NCBI GenBank assembly: GCA_964521955.1 | Contig: CAZFTX010000001.1 | Location: 42,386 to 106,385, forward strand | DNA: 64,000 nucleotides | Direction: 5' to 3' | Origin: an uncultured Candidatus Saccharibacteria bacterium | Lineage (GTDB): Bacteria; Patescibacteriota; Doudnabacteria; UBA920 | In this document: piece after piece, positions 8,067 through 17,139 of the stretch | Layout: every line of letters begins with the position of its first letter | How positions within the stretch are numbered: the first letter of the stretch is position 1 | Notes under the pieces: model-generated | The model's input: only the letters and a program-made list of their open reading frames with translations | What the model was told of the DNA's origin: nothing | The model's database searches: none | Translations under genes and position numbers: made by a program

Positions 8067-9158
8067 TTACTTGGCAGTTTTTTCCAAATATTTTCCCACA
8101 AATTCGTCTAACTCCCCTTCTAAAACACCTTCAGGATCAGTTGACTCAAAGTTAGTTCTGTGGTCTTTAACCATTTTGTAAGGATGCAGAACGTAAGAAC
8201 GAATTTGGTTTCCCCATTCAGCGGACTTAAACTCACCCCTTAACTCAAGCTTTTCTTTTTGCAACTTTTCTTCTTCTAAAGCTTTTAATTTAGACATTAA
8301 AATTTTCATAGCCAATTCACGATTTTGATGCTGGCTTCTTTCATTTTGAATATTCACCCTTATTCCGGTTGGAATATGAGTAATGCGTATGGCCGAATAT
8401 GTTGTGTTTACACTCTGTCCCCCGTGACCAGAAGCCGTATTGGCTTCAATTTTTAAATCCTTAGGATTAACTTCAAACTTTTCTTTTTCTTCCAAAACCG
8501 GAAGTAGCTCTAAAAGCGCAAAAGAAGTCTCCCTTGTATGAGCCGGATTAAAAGGTGAAAGCCTAACCAAACGGTGCACCCCCGCTTCGCTTTTAAAAAG
8601 TCCGTAAGCAAAAGGACCTTTTACTTCCACCACTGCCGTTTTAACTCCGCCTTGTTCACCCTTTGAAAGTTCCAAAATTTCCGTGCTAAAACCTTTTTTT
8701 TCACTGTAACGCAAAAACATTCTTAAAAGCATCCCTGCCCAGTCTTGTGCATCTACCCCGCCGGCGCCACTGTGAAGGGAAAAAATTGCGCTATGGTCGT
8801 CATACTTTTTAGACAGCAAAGCCACAAAACGGTTTTTACTATACTCCTTTTCCAAAGTTTCAACTTGCTCTTGTAAATATTTTTTTGTTTCTTCTGACTC
8901 GTCTGTATTTTGCTTAACCAAATTTAAAGTTTCCTGAATATTTTTTTCTAAAGTATTCCAAAACTCTACAAATTTTTGCAGTTGGTTAAACTCCTGAGAA
9001 ATACTCTGTGCATGCGCGGAGTCGTTCCAAAAGTCAGAACCCTGCATTAAGTCTTGCAATTCCAAAGCTCTCTGCTCTTTTTGCGGCAGGTTTAAATGTG
9101 ACTTTATTTCTTCAACTTCTAAAAGTAGCTTTTCTAACTTTGAAATCAAATCTTTCAT
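8067..9158 (-). CDS. prfB: peptide chain release factor 2 (no programmed frameshift visible)
   Basis: GAGGVDAQDWA, GVHRLVRLSPF (SPF), GGQSVNTT, WGNQIRSYVLHPY; continuous 363-aa ORF. Confidence 0.97.
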   Translation of the reverse strand: MKDLISKLEKLLLEVEEIKSHLNLPQKEQRALELQDLMQGSDFWNDSAHAQSISQEFNQLQKFVEFWNTLEKNIQETLNLVKQNTDESEETKKYLQEQVETLEKEYSKNRFVALLSKKYDDHSAIFSLHSGAGGVDAQDWAGMLLRMFLRYSEKKGFSTEILELSKGEQGGVKTAVVEVKGPFAYGLFKSEAGVHRLVRLSPFNPAHTRETSFALLELLPVLEEKEKFEVNPKDLKIEANTASGHGGQSVNTTYSAIRITHIPTGIRVNIQNERSQHQNRELAMKILMSKLKALEEEKLQKEKLELRGEFKSAEWGNQIRSYVLHPYKMVKDHRTNFESTDPEGVLEGELDEFVGKYLEKTAK

Positions 9159-9294
9159 AACTTCAATATTATCCCAAAAATATCATTAAACATCAATAAA
9201 TAAAAGTACAAAAGCCCGTCGTTCGTTCTCCGACACAAGATACAACCCTCTACCCTCAGTTCACCTCCATATGTTCAAAAACTTTTACATGCTG

Positions 9295-10038
9295 CTACAA
9301 ATTTGGTTTTAAATCTTTTAAAGCAATTCTTCTCACCAAATCCCAAAGCTGATTATGAACCTCTAACGGAGTTAAAAGTCGGCCTTCAAAAGCGCATTCT
9401 AAAAGCTTTGTATTAGGAAAGAGCTTTGCAATTTCCAAATAAGCCTTTTCCGCTTCAATGGCATGACCTTTTTGAGACTCTAAAATATCCGGTTTTCTTT
9501 CCCATGCGCTACTTTTGCCAGATTTATATCTTTTGCTTAAAAGTTTACCTGCTAAATTTGCAGGCATATGCAAAATAATGTTTAAATCCGGCTTAGGCAC
9601 CTGAAATGTTTTGTATTCCAAATTATCCAACCATTTAAAAAACTTGACTCTTTCAACTGAATCGGAAAATTTTGCTCCTTGATGTCCGGCATTTGCAGTA
9701 ACATACCGGTCCGAAACCACAACCTTACCTTCCTTTAACCACTCTCGAATTTTAAAACCAGCATCAAAACGATCCACTGCAAAAAATATGGAAGCTGCAT
9801 AAGGATTTAGCTCACCATACTTACCACTTAAATACTCTTCTAAAACTCCGGCTGACTTTTCTCCGTATTGCGGAAATTTAATATATACGGCATCAAACCC
9901 TTCCGTCCTCAAAGTTTCCACCAACATACTTGCTTGAGTGGACTTTCCACTACCATCAGGCCCATCTACAACCACAAATCTTCCAAATTGTTTTTCAGGA
10001 ACTTTAGATTTCTTTTTCATTCCAAAGGGAAGTTTCAT
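9295..10038 (-). CDS. tmk: thymidylate kinase
   Basis: DGPDGSGKSTQ, FPQYG, DRF, SDRYVTAN, PKPDL. Confidence 0.9.
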   Translation of the reverse strand: MKLPFGMKKKSKVPEKQFGRFVVVDGPDGSGKSTQASMLVETLRTEGFDAVYIKFPQYGEKSAGVLEEYLSGKYGELNPYAASIFFAVDRFDAGFKIREWLKEGKVVVSDRYVTANAGHQGAKFSDSVERVKFFKWLDNLEYKTFQVPKPDLNIILHMPANLAGKLLSKRYKSGKSSAWERKPDILESQKGHAIEAEKAYLEIAKLFPNTKLLECAFEGRLLTPLEVHNQLWDLVRRIALKDLKPNL

Positions 10039-10039
10039 A

Positions 10040-10576
10040 TTATGTAGTTATTATTTTTTCTAGTTTTTCGTACAGTTCCTCTAAACTGCCTATGTTTTCA
10101 ATTTTAAAATCTGCCTGCTTGCCCAAAACCGGAATATTTATTTCTGTTGGTTCTTGTTCCTGTTTTAAAAAACTCTCAAAATCCATACTGGCGTCATCTT
10201 GCTTTTCATGTCGGTTTTGGTAACGCTCAAACCGTATATTCACCGGTGCAGTAATATAGATTATTTTAGCCCCTATTTTTTTAATGTCTTCCATTTCATC
10301 CATGCGAATGCCGTTAACAACTACCAACCTTTCGTTAGCATCCAAAACCCTTTTTACCACAGCGGGCCCTAACACAGAACGTCCAAAAATATGCCTTAAA
10401 CCTAAACCTAAGTCTATTTCATTTCTTCTGGATATGGGCAAATTTAAAATACCCAAAATCTCGTCCAACAAATGACTAAAACGCACATGCTTTGCACCAT
10501 GTTTTTTTTCCAAATAATTTGCCACTGCGTCTTTGCCTGCAAACTTCTCCCCTACCAAACCAATAATTGTTTTCAT
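10040..10576 (-). CDS. P-loop NMP kinase / dephospho-CoA kinase-like protein
   Basis: IIGLVGEKFAGKD P-loop, VVNGIR, ADFKIENIGSLEEL. Confidence 0.75.
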   Translation of the reverse strand: MKTIIGLVGEKFAGKDAVANYLEKKHGAKHVRFSHLLDEILGILNLPISRRNEIDLGLGLRHIFGRSVLGPAVVKRVLDANERLVVVNGIRMDEMEDIKKIGAKIIYITAPVNIRFERYQNRHEKQDDASMDFESFLKQEQEPTEINIPVLGKQADFKIENIGSLEELYEKLEKIITT

Positions 10577-10666
10577 ACAAAGTAGTATAACACGTGTAAA
10601 ATGTATGGAAAATACCAAAAAAGCCTTTAAAATAGTCTAAATTAATAATATTTGTTAAAATAAATC

Positions 10667-11263
10667 ATGACTTTAAAACGAGATCTAGAACTTTTGTATG
10701 AAGTGGGCAGTTTAAGGTTTATTGAACGTGCCTGGAAACAATTTTTAAACCCAGATTATGCTAACTTAGCCGAACATCATTTAAGAGTTATTTGGATTGC
10801 CCTTTTGCTTGCCAAATATGAAGGCAAGGGTAATGTGGAAAAAATCATGAAAATGGCTTTAGTACATGACGTAAGTGAAAGCCGTACAGGCGACGTAAAT
10901 TACATAGGCAGACAATATACCCAAAGAAATGAGCATAAAGCCATTAAAGACATATTTCATAACACAGAACTTGAAAAAGAAATGATTGCCTTATGGAATG
11001 AATACGAAGAAAAAAAGACTATTGAAGCTCAAATAGTAAAAGATGCCGATTTTTTGGACGTGGATTTAGAAATTAAAGAACAAAAAGCAAAAGGTAGAAA
11101 TCACATGAAAGCCTGGGAACCAAATCGCAAAATAGTCTACAATAAACTTTTTACCAAATCAGCAAAAAAAATCTGGAAAGCAATCCAAACTTCCAAACCG
11201 GAAGACTGGTTTATTAACTCGCCAAACCGCTTTAACGAAGGTGACATGAAACCAAAAAAATAA
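10667..11263 (+). CDS. HD-domain phosphohydrolase (YfbR/HDDC2-like)
   Basis: NLAEHH, MALVHDVSESRTGD, EAQIVKDADFLD. Confidence 0.85.
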   Translation: MTLKRDLELLYEVGSLRFIERAWKQFLNPDYANLAEHHLRVIWIALLLAKYEGKGNVEKIMKMALVHDVSESRTGDVNYIGRQYTQRNEHKAIKDIFHNTELEKEMIALWNEYEEKKTIEAQIVKDADFLDVDLEIKEQKAKGRNHMKAWEPNRKIVYNKLFTKSAKKIWKAIQTSKPEDWFINSPNRFNEGDMKPKK

Positions 11264-11305
11264 TCTGTAGACATCCGTAGTTTTATAATTAATAAATCTG
11301 TAGCA

Positions 11306-11995
11306 ATGCACTCATACGAAATTGAAATCAAATCCTTACTTGGTGGCAAAGAAAAAGCAGATGAACTTTTAAGTAAAATGAAAGCTATTGACCCAGGCCT
11401 GATTGAAGTTGGTAGCCACAAGCAACTTAACCACTACTTTGTGGGTGGTAATTTACAAACTCTATACGAAAAAGTTAAAGAATTTTTAACCGAAGAAGAA
11501 CAAAAACGTTTACTAGATATTTCTGAAAAAGCAAAAGATTTTTCTGTACGTACCCGCCAAGCAGACGGCAAGATTATTTTGGTTATAAAAGCTTCGGTAG
11601 ACGATACTACCAGCTCAAACGGTACGGCTCGCTTAGAATTTGAAGCCAAACTAAATAACTTTACACTTAATAAACTTGATCAACTTTTACTTGACGCTGG
11701 TTTTGCCTACCAAGCTAAGTGGTCCAGGGAAAGACAAGACTATTTATATCATCCCAAAAACAGGCAGATTAGCGTAAGTATAGACAAAAACGCTGGTTAC
11801 GGCTTTCTTTCTGAATTTGAAGTTGTGGTAAATGACGAATCTAAAACAGAAGAAGTTAAAAATTTTATCCGCGAATCCATGAACGAACTTGGCATAACTG
11901 AACTTAACCAAGACCGTTTGGCCAGAATGTTTGAATACTACAACAAAAACTGGGAACAATATTACGGAACTGAAAATATATTTAATATTGAATAA
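11306..11995 (+). CDS. CYTH-domain protein
   Basis: N-terminal YEIEIK (ExExK), QLNHYF, SVRTR, RLEFE, GYGFLSEFE. Confidence 0.8.
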   Translation: MHSYEIEIKSLLGGKEKADELLSKMKAIDPGLIEVGSHKQLNHYFVGGNLQTLYEKVKEFLTEEEQKRLLDISEKAKDFSVRTRQADGKIILVIKASVDDTTSSNGTARLEFEAKLNNFTLNKLDQLLLDAGFAYQAKWSRERQDYLYHPKNRQISVSIDKNAGYGFLSEFEVVVNDESKTEEVKNFIRESMNELGITELNQDRLARMFEYYNKNWEQYYGTENIFNIE

Positions 11996-12003
11996 CAAAA
12001 ATC

Positions 12004-12972
12004 ATGAACAAACACCCGGAGTTTCAATATCTGGATCTTTTAAGAGAAATAAAAGAAAAAGGTTTTAGGAAAGTCGATCGCGGCACGGGCGATGCTTCTT
12101 ACAGTTTATTTGGCAAACAAATCCGCTTTAACCTTTCAGAGGGTTTTCCCATGCTTACTACCAAAAAAGTGTTTTGGAAAGGTGTAGTGGAAGAACTTTA
12201 CTGGTTTATGTCCGGTCAAAGCAACGTCTCTTACCTAACTAGAAAAGGTGTTCACATTTGGGATGACTATCCTTTTAAAATTTATAAAGAAAAAGTCAAA
12301 GTCGGCAAAATGCCGGAAATGTCTAAAGAAGAGTTTGTAAAAAAACTCGAAACCGACGACAGCTTTGCCAAAGAACACGGAGAACTTCCCCGTATTTACG
12401 GAGAACTTTGGCGCCGTTGGCCAACACGAACTCCGGGAAAAACCGTTGATCAACTCAAGTGGGCAATTACCGAAATTATGGAAGACCCAAACGCTCATAA
12501 CTGTATTGTAAATTCCTGGAACCCGGAATATCTTTACACCATGGCCGAATTTGAAGACGCTGCCCGCTACCCTATTTGTCACAACATGTTCCAAATAAAC
12601 CAAATTGGCGGAAAGCTTTCTTTAAACCTTTACCAAAGAAGTGCGGATATTTTCTTAGGTGTACCTTTTAACATTGCCTCTTACGCCCTCCTCACTCTCA
12701 TTCTTGCTCAAGTTACGGGTTACGAGCCCGGGGAGTTTGTACACACTTTTGGGGACGTTCACATTTACGAAAACCACATGGACCAAGTTACCGAACAACT
12801 TTCAAGAGAACCCAAACCTTTACCGAAAGTTGTACTCGACCCTACCATTAAAAATATTGACGACTTTAGACCTGAACACATAAAGCTAGAAAATTACGAA
12901 TCACACCCGGCTTTAAAGGCTGAACTTTCAGTTTCCGGAGGGTTCTTTGATAAAAGTACCAAAAAAAACTAG
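12004..12972 (+). CDS. thyA: thymidylate synthase
   Basis: FPMLTTKK, ELYWF, PICH (catalytic Cys), YQRSADIFLGVPFNIASY, GDVHIYENH. Confidence 0.97.
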   Translation: MNKHPEFQYLDLLREIKEKGFRKVDRGTGDASYSLFGKQIRFNLSEGFPMLTTKKVFWKGVVEELYWFMSGQSNVSYLTRKGVHIWDDYPFKIYKEKVKVGKMPEMSKEEFVKKLETDDSFAKEHGELPRIYGELWRRWPTRTPGKTVDQLKWAITEIMEDPNAHNCIVNSWNPEYLYTMAEFEDAARYPICHNMFQINQIGGKLSLNLYQRSADIFLGVPFNIASYALLTLILAQVTGYEPGEFVHTFGDVHIYENHMDQVTEQLSREPKPLPKVVLDPTIKNIDDFRPEHIKLENYESHPALKAELSVSGGFFDKSTKKN

Positions 12973-12981
12973 TTATTTTTC

Positions 12982-13665
12982 ATGATTAAACTTATTGCTT
13001 TTGACTGGAATGGAACCATACTTTCAGACACTCTAGCTTCCTTAAAAGCCGACAATCAAGTTTACAAAGAGCTTGGAATAAACAAGAAGGTAACAATGTC
13101 TGAGTTTAGAAAAGCATTTAGAATCCCAATAATAAACTACTGGACAAACCTTGGTCTAGACAGAGAATATTTTGTAAAAAACGGTGAGCTAATTCATTCA
13201 ATATACGAAAAATACTATGAACTTTTTGAAAATAAAACCAGAACCAGAGCCGGAATTAAAGTATCACTTAAATGGCTCAAAAAAAATAAAATCGAAAGTA
13301 TAATTTTTAGTAACCACATTATCCCTAACATAAAAAGTCAACTTCACCGCTTAAAAATCCAAACATTGTTTAAAGAAGTCTTAGCAAGACCTGTTAATTC
13401 TGTAGACCACTTACATAACCGCAGTAAAGAAGCGAAGCTTAAAAACTATATCGACCAAAATAAAATAAAACCCGAGGAGGTCATTACTGTTGGCGATACT
13501 GACGAAGAAATAGAAATTGGTAAATTATTTGGCTATCATACCGTTGCAATTTCAGGTGGTATGCAAAATACTGCGTATTTAAAATCTCACAAGCCAGATT
13601 TTCTCATACACAACATGAAGGAGTTAATTAAAATAGTAAAAATTTTAAATGAATCCAAAAATTAG
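12982..13665 (+). CDS. HAD-family phosphatase
   Basis: FDWNGTI motif I, VGDTDEE motif IV. Confidence 0.85.
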   Translation: MIKLIAFDWNGTILSDTLASLKADNQVYKELGINKKVTMSEFRKAFRIPIINYWTNLGLDREYFVKNGELIHSIYEKYYELFENKTRTRAGIKVSLKWLKKNKIESIIFSNHIIPNIKSQLHRLKIQTLFKEVLARPVNSVDHLHNRSKEAKLKNYIDQNKIKPEEVITVGDTDEEIEIGKLFGYHTVAISGGMQNTAYLKSHKPDFLIHNMKELIKIVKILNESKN

Positions 13666-14134
13666 CTTAGTTGTTGCCATTTCAAAAAATCGGGCAATTG
13701 GCAAAGACAACAAATTACTTTTCTACATCCCCGAAGACTTAAAAAGGTTTAAAGAAATAACAAAAAACCACCCCATAGTCATGGGGGGAAGAACCTATGA
13801 GTCCATTGGCCATCCACTCCCCGACCGCACTAATATTGTTATTACCAATGACCCTAACCTTAAAGCCAAAGGCTGTGTGGTTTGTCATAGTGTGGAAGAA
13901 GCCTTAAAAGAAGCAAAAAAGCTTAACACTGACGAAATTTTTATCGTCGGTGGGGGTAAAATTTACGAACAAATCATGCCTCTTGCCAATAAGCTCTATA
14001 TAACTGTCATAGATACCATAGTAGAAGACGCTGACACTTTTTTTCCAGAATATTCAGAATTTACTAAAATTACCAAAGAAGAAAAAAAACAACACAACGG
14101 CCTAAACTATACTTTCTATGAACTAGAAAAATAG
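13649..14134 (+). CDS. folA: dihydrofolate reductase
   Basis: AIGKDNKL, PEDLKRFK, VMGGRTYESIGHPLPDRTNIVIT, IVGGGKIY, DTFFP. Confidence 0.96.
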   Translation: MNPKISLVVAISKNRAIGKDNKLLFYIPEDLKRFKEITKNHPIVMGGRTYESIGHPLPDRTNIVITNDPNLKAKGCVVCHSVEEALKEAKKLNTDEIFIVGGGKIYEQIMPLANKLYITVIDTIVEDADTFFPEYSEFTKITKEEKKQHNGLNYTFYELEK

Positions 14135-14238
14135 ACCGCTGATCTTTTAACACACACTGATAACACAGATATTGCAAAATTAAACTATCTGTATTATCGG
14201 TTTCATCAGTATTCAAATCCAAATCCGTATCATAAAAT

Positions 14239-15153
14239 ATGCAAATACTACAAATTATTCTTCCCACGTTTCTAATTATTGGTTTAGGATACATGGGGAA
14301 AAAATACAAAATTGTGGAAGAGTCTTGGGTTCACGCCCTAAATGGCTTTGCCTACTACGTTGCCTTGCCGGCAGTGGTAATTTCTTCGCTTTGGCAAATA
14401 AACCTTTCCGGCCAAACCTTAAAAGTTCTTTTTTACAACGCTTTGGTTATAGTTTGTTTTGGTGCCTTAACCATGCTGGCTTTAAGCTTAACTAAATTAA
14501 AAAAAGAGCAAAAAGCCGCGTTTTTGCTTATTGCTGTAGTCGGAAACTCCATTTACATGGGCTTCCCTATTGCACAAACAACTTTCGCCGGACATGTTTT
14601 CCCACTTATTGCCGCCGCAGGAACTATCCAACTGGTCTTAGGCATTGCTTTGGGGCTTTTAGCAGTTGAACACTGGAAAACCCATACCCACGGAGTCAAA
14701 ACTTATTTAAAAGACTTTTTCTTAAATCCGCTAATTTTAGCTTTACTTGCAGGCTTAATACTTTCGTATTTAAACTTTTCCGGATCCGGAATTGAAGTCT
14801 TAAAGAAAACCATTAGCTCTTTAGGCTCTACAGCCTCCCCAGTTGCGCTTTTCTCTTTAGGCGCTTTTATTTATGGTAAATATTCAAAAACCAATTTTAA
14901 ACTACTTGCTTACGCAAGTACTGTTAAGCTTATACTTATACCAATTTTTGTTTTCTTCTTTTTAAAATGGATCCAACCGGATCTTTTTATAGTAAACTCT
15001 GCTTTCCTGCTTGTGGGCATGCCGGCAGCAGCCACCACTTTTGTATTGGCTGAAAAGTTTAAACTAGACAAAACTTTTGTAGCCGAAGGCCTACTTGTCA
15101 CCACCGCGCTTTCTTTTGTTTCTATAAGTATACTTCTCTCATTTTTGCTATAA
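14239..15153 (+). CDS. AEC (auxin efflux carrier) family transporter
   Basis: YVALPA, GNSIYMGFPI, NPLILA, SPVALFSLG, MPAA; multi-TM. Confidence 0.85.
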   Translation: MQILQIILPTFLIIGLGYMGKKYKIVEESWVHALNGFAYYVALPAVVISSLWQINLSGQTLKVLFYNALVIVCFGALTMLALSLTKLKKEQKAAFLLIAVVGNSIYMGFPIAQTTFAGHVFPLIAAAGTIQLVLGIALGLLAVEHWKTHTHGVKTYLKDFFLNPLILALLAGLILSYLNFSGSGIEVLKKTISSLGSTASPVALFSLGAFIYGKYSKTNFKLLAYASTVKLILIPIFVFFFLKWIQPDLFIVNSAFLLVGMPAAATTFVLAEKFKLDKTFVAEGLLVTTALSFVSISILLSFLL

Positions 15154-15195
15154 AATAATCTTATTTACATTTAAAAAAGTAGTTGGAAATTCCAA

Positions 15196-15774
15196 CTACT
15201 TTTTTCTTACCTCTTGTGTAAGTTTAGAAGCTAAAGGTGAAGTTTGTCCTGCATATTTATTTCCCTTTTTTTTATAGTAAGGAACGTCTACCGGACTGGA
15301 CATTTCTTCAAAAGTAAAAGCGCAAATTCTCATACCAGGATACAAAGCTACCGGCATGACCCCTAAGTTCCCTAACTCCATTGTAGGTTTACCTATCCAG
15401 CCGGGATGAAAAACCGAAGCGGTACCGTGAACAATTATCCCCAACCTACCTAAAGAACTTCGCCCTTCAATACGGCCTAACAAGTCGTCCGACAACACCA
15501 AAGTTTCAACTGTAGTTACGAGTGCAAAATCCCCGGGTTGCATTATAAACGGCTCACCTTTTTTTACTACTATTTCTTTCATTAACTTGTCAGTATCCAC
15601 AGGCCCGGCTAAGTCTATGTAAGGATAAGAAGAATGTTTAAAAACCCTAAAAACATTACCCAAATGCAAGTCTATCATACAAGCATCCAATTGAGTTTTT
15701 AGGTCGGGCTTAGGAGTAATTTTTATCCTGCCACTAATAAGAGCTTTTTTTATGTCTCTGTCAGAAAGTGTCAT
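15196..15774 (-). CDS. dcd: dCTP deaminase
   Basis: LSDRDI, IDLHLG, EGRSSLGRLGI, PGWIG, LYPGMRI, KYAGQ. Confidence 0.95.
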   Translation of the reverse strand: MTLSDRDIKKALISGRIKITPKPDLKTQLDACMIDLHLGNVFRVFKHSSYPYIDLAGPVDTDKLMKEIVVKKGEPFIMQPGDFALVTTVETLVLSDDLLGRIEGRSSLGRLGIIVHGTASVFHPGWIGKPTMELGNLGVMPVALYPGMRICAFTFEEMSSPVDVPYYKKKGNKYAGQTSPLASKLTQEVRKK

Positions 15775-15885
15775 ACTTTAAGTTAAAATTAATTACTTAG
15801 ATATTCTACTATACTTATTTATATGAGTCTACATTATCATACATCAGCGCTATCTGCTCCTATCAGAGAATCCGCGGACGTTTTA

Positions 15886-16071
15886 TTGACAAAATTTAAA
15901 GCTTAATATAACATAACTGCAATATGTTCATATTCACTATTTCCCCAATTAAGAATGCAATGAAGTCTTCCTTGAAGACCATGCTTTTGGGGTTAGTCAG
16001 AAAATGAAACTTTAACCAAAATAAATTTTCTAAAACCAACCCCTCAAGCATAGCTAAAGAAGAGGGGTTTT
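15886..16071 (+). promoter_or_regulatory. promoter + 27-aa leader peptide (15924-16007) + antiterminator/terminator (attenuator 1)
   Basis: TTGACA-17-TAACAT; ORF MFIFTISPIKNAMKSSLKTMLLGLVRK*; 15981-15997 pairs with 16035-16051, which overlaps the aacccctc/gaggggtt+T hairpin. Confidence 0.55.
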
Positions 16072-16135
16072 ATAATACTTACATTTCCACTTGCCGAAAG
16101 CACTTTTAACAAAAAAGTTTTTTCGGGAGGTGGCA

Positions 16136-16423
16136 ATGCCAGAGCCATTCAAAGCTAAGGTTACGGCTATGGATCGGGGCCTTTACTGGATACAACCAGT
16201 AGGAATGAACGAACAAGCCAGGGTGACAGTCATAGCAATCAAGCATGGACGCAACGAAACGCTCTTGATTTTCCACCCGGCAATACCCGCCGGGCAACCG
16301 AAGGGCGAAGTACAACATTTCAGCGCTGTGATCCCGCGAAACTCGGAACAGCACACAACTTGGTGCTTACCGGGAAAACTCTCTGAAGAGGAGTACAAAA
16401 AACTTACTCCGAAAGAGGAGTAA
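16136..16423 (+). CDS. orphan hypothetical protein, 95 aa
   Basis: GGGAGG SD before ATG 16136; higher GC than flanks; followed by a long hairpin + T-tract. Confidence 0.7.
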   Translation: MPEPFKAKVTAMDRGLYWIQPVGMNEQARVTVIAIKHGRNETLLIFHPAIPAGQPKGEVQHFSAVIPRNSEQHTTWCLPGKLSEEEYKKLTPKEE

Positions 16424-16459
16424 TAACAAGGAGGAAAGAACAAAGAAATCACAACACAC

Positions 16460-16534
16460 GAAAAGCGGCCCTAGAAAGGCTTGTCACTCAATATCCGCAC
16501 CGGGAAATGAGCATGACAAGCGAGGCCGCTTTTT
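16460..16534 (+). terminator. long-stem intrinsic terminator
   Basis: aaaagcggcc…gcttgtca…tgacaagc…ggccgcttttt. Confidence 0.7.
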
Positions 16535-16537
16535 CAA

Positions 16538-16692
16538 TTGACACAAATCTAAATTTTTCCTATCATTCCCACATGAGACAACTTTCATCCATTGTCATTA
16601 TTATAAGCATTACTTCCTTCCAGGCAATGGGCTGAGTTCTTTAAAGTATTGTAACCGTCCCGCCCTTGCTACAAAGGGCGAGACGGTTTTTT
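16538..16692 (+). promoter_or_regulatory. promoter + Ile/Val-rich 20-aa leader peptide (16573-16635) + terminator (attenuator 2)
   Basis: TTGACA-17-TATCAT with ATG at about the predicted +1; MRQLSSIVIIISITSFQAMG*; 15-bp terminator stem 16653-16688 with T-tract; gcaatgggc can pair with gcccttgc. Confidence 0.65.
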
Positions 16693-16766
16693 GTTCCCTG
16701 CTAAGGGCTACGTTGTAGCCTTTGGCTGGTTACAAAACCAAAAAGACAACTTGAGAGGAGAGGACA

Positions 16767-17090
16767 ATGAACACACTTAGTTTTTCGGGAGATGGCCTCA
16801 TAACGCTTCAAGAACAGCGAGCGTTACTAAGCCGCCAAACCTTCCGGATCGTAGCCGGTCAAAATGAACAAGCGTTCTCCGTGGTTTCAGTCAGCCAGCA
16901 TTCTGTTGGCATTTTCTTAGTGGAATTAGTACACCAAGACAACATTCCCTGGTATGGAATCTTGATGATTCAGGATAATCCCGGACAAACAATCATGGTC
17001 CTACAATCCGAAGCGCCACAAGACCGCAACGATTGGAACCGTCTCATTCACCAGGCCAGGCTGATTTCCCAAGGCAACCCCAACCACTAA
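16767..17090 (+). CDS. orphan hypothetical protein, 107 aa
   Basis: GAGGAGAGG before ATG; terminator directly after. Confidence 0.7.
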   Translation: MNTLSFSGDGLITLQEQRALLSRQTFRIVAGQNEQAFSVVSVSQHSVGIFLVELVHQDNIPWYGILMIQDNPGQTIMVLQSEAPQDRNDWNRLIHQARLISQGNPNH

Positions 17091-17098
17091 GCAAAACG

Positions 17099-17135
17099 AA
17101 AATCGGCGCCCTCCACATGGAGGCGCGCCGATTTT
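17099..17135. terminator. bidirectional intrinsic terminator
   Basis: aaaatcggcgc-cctcc-acat-ggagg-cgcgccgatttt between convergent genes. Confidence 0.8.
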
Positions 17136-17139
17136 GATT

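Noticed and set aside
9060-9158. Programmed +1 frameshift in prfB
   Set aside because: The ORF is continuous and there is no CTT-TGA slippery site at the usual position
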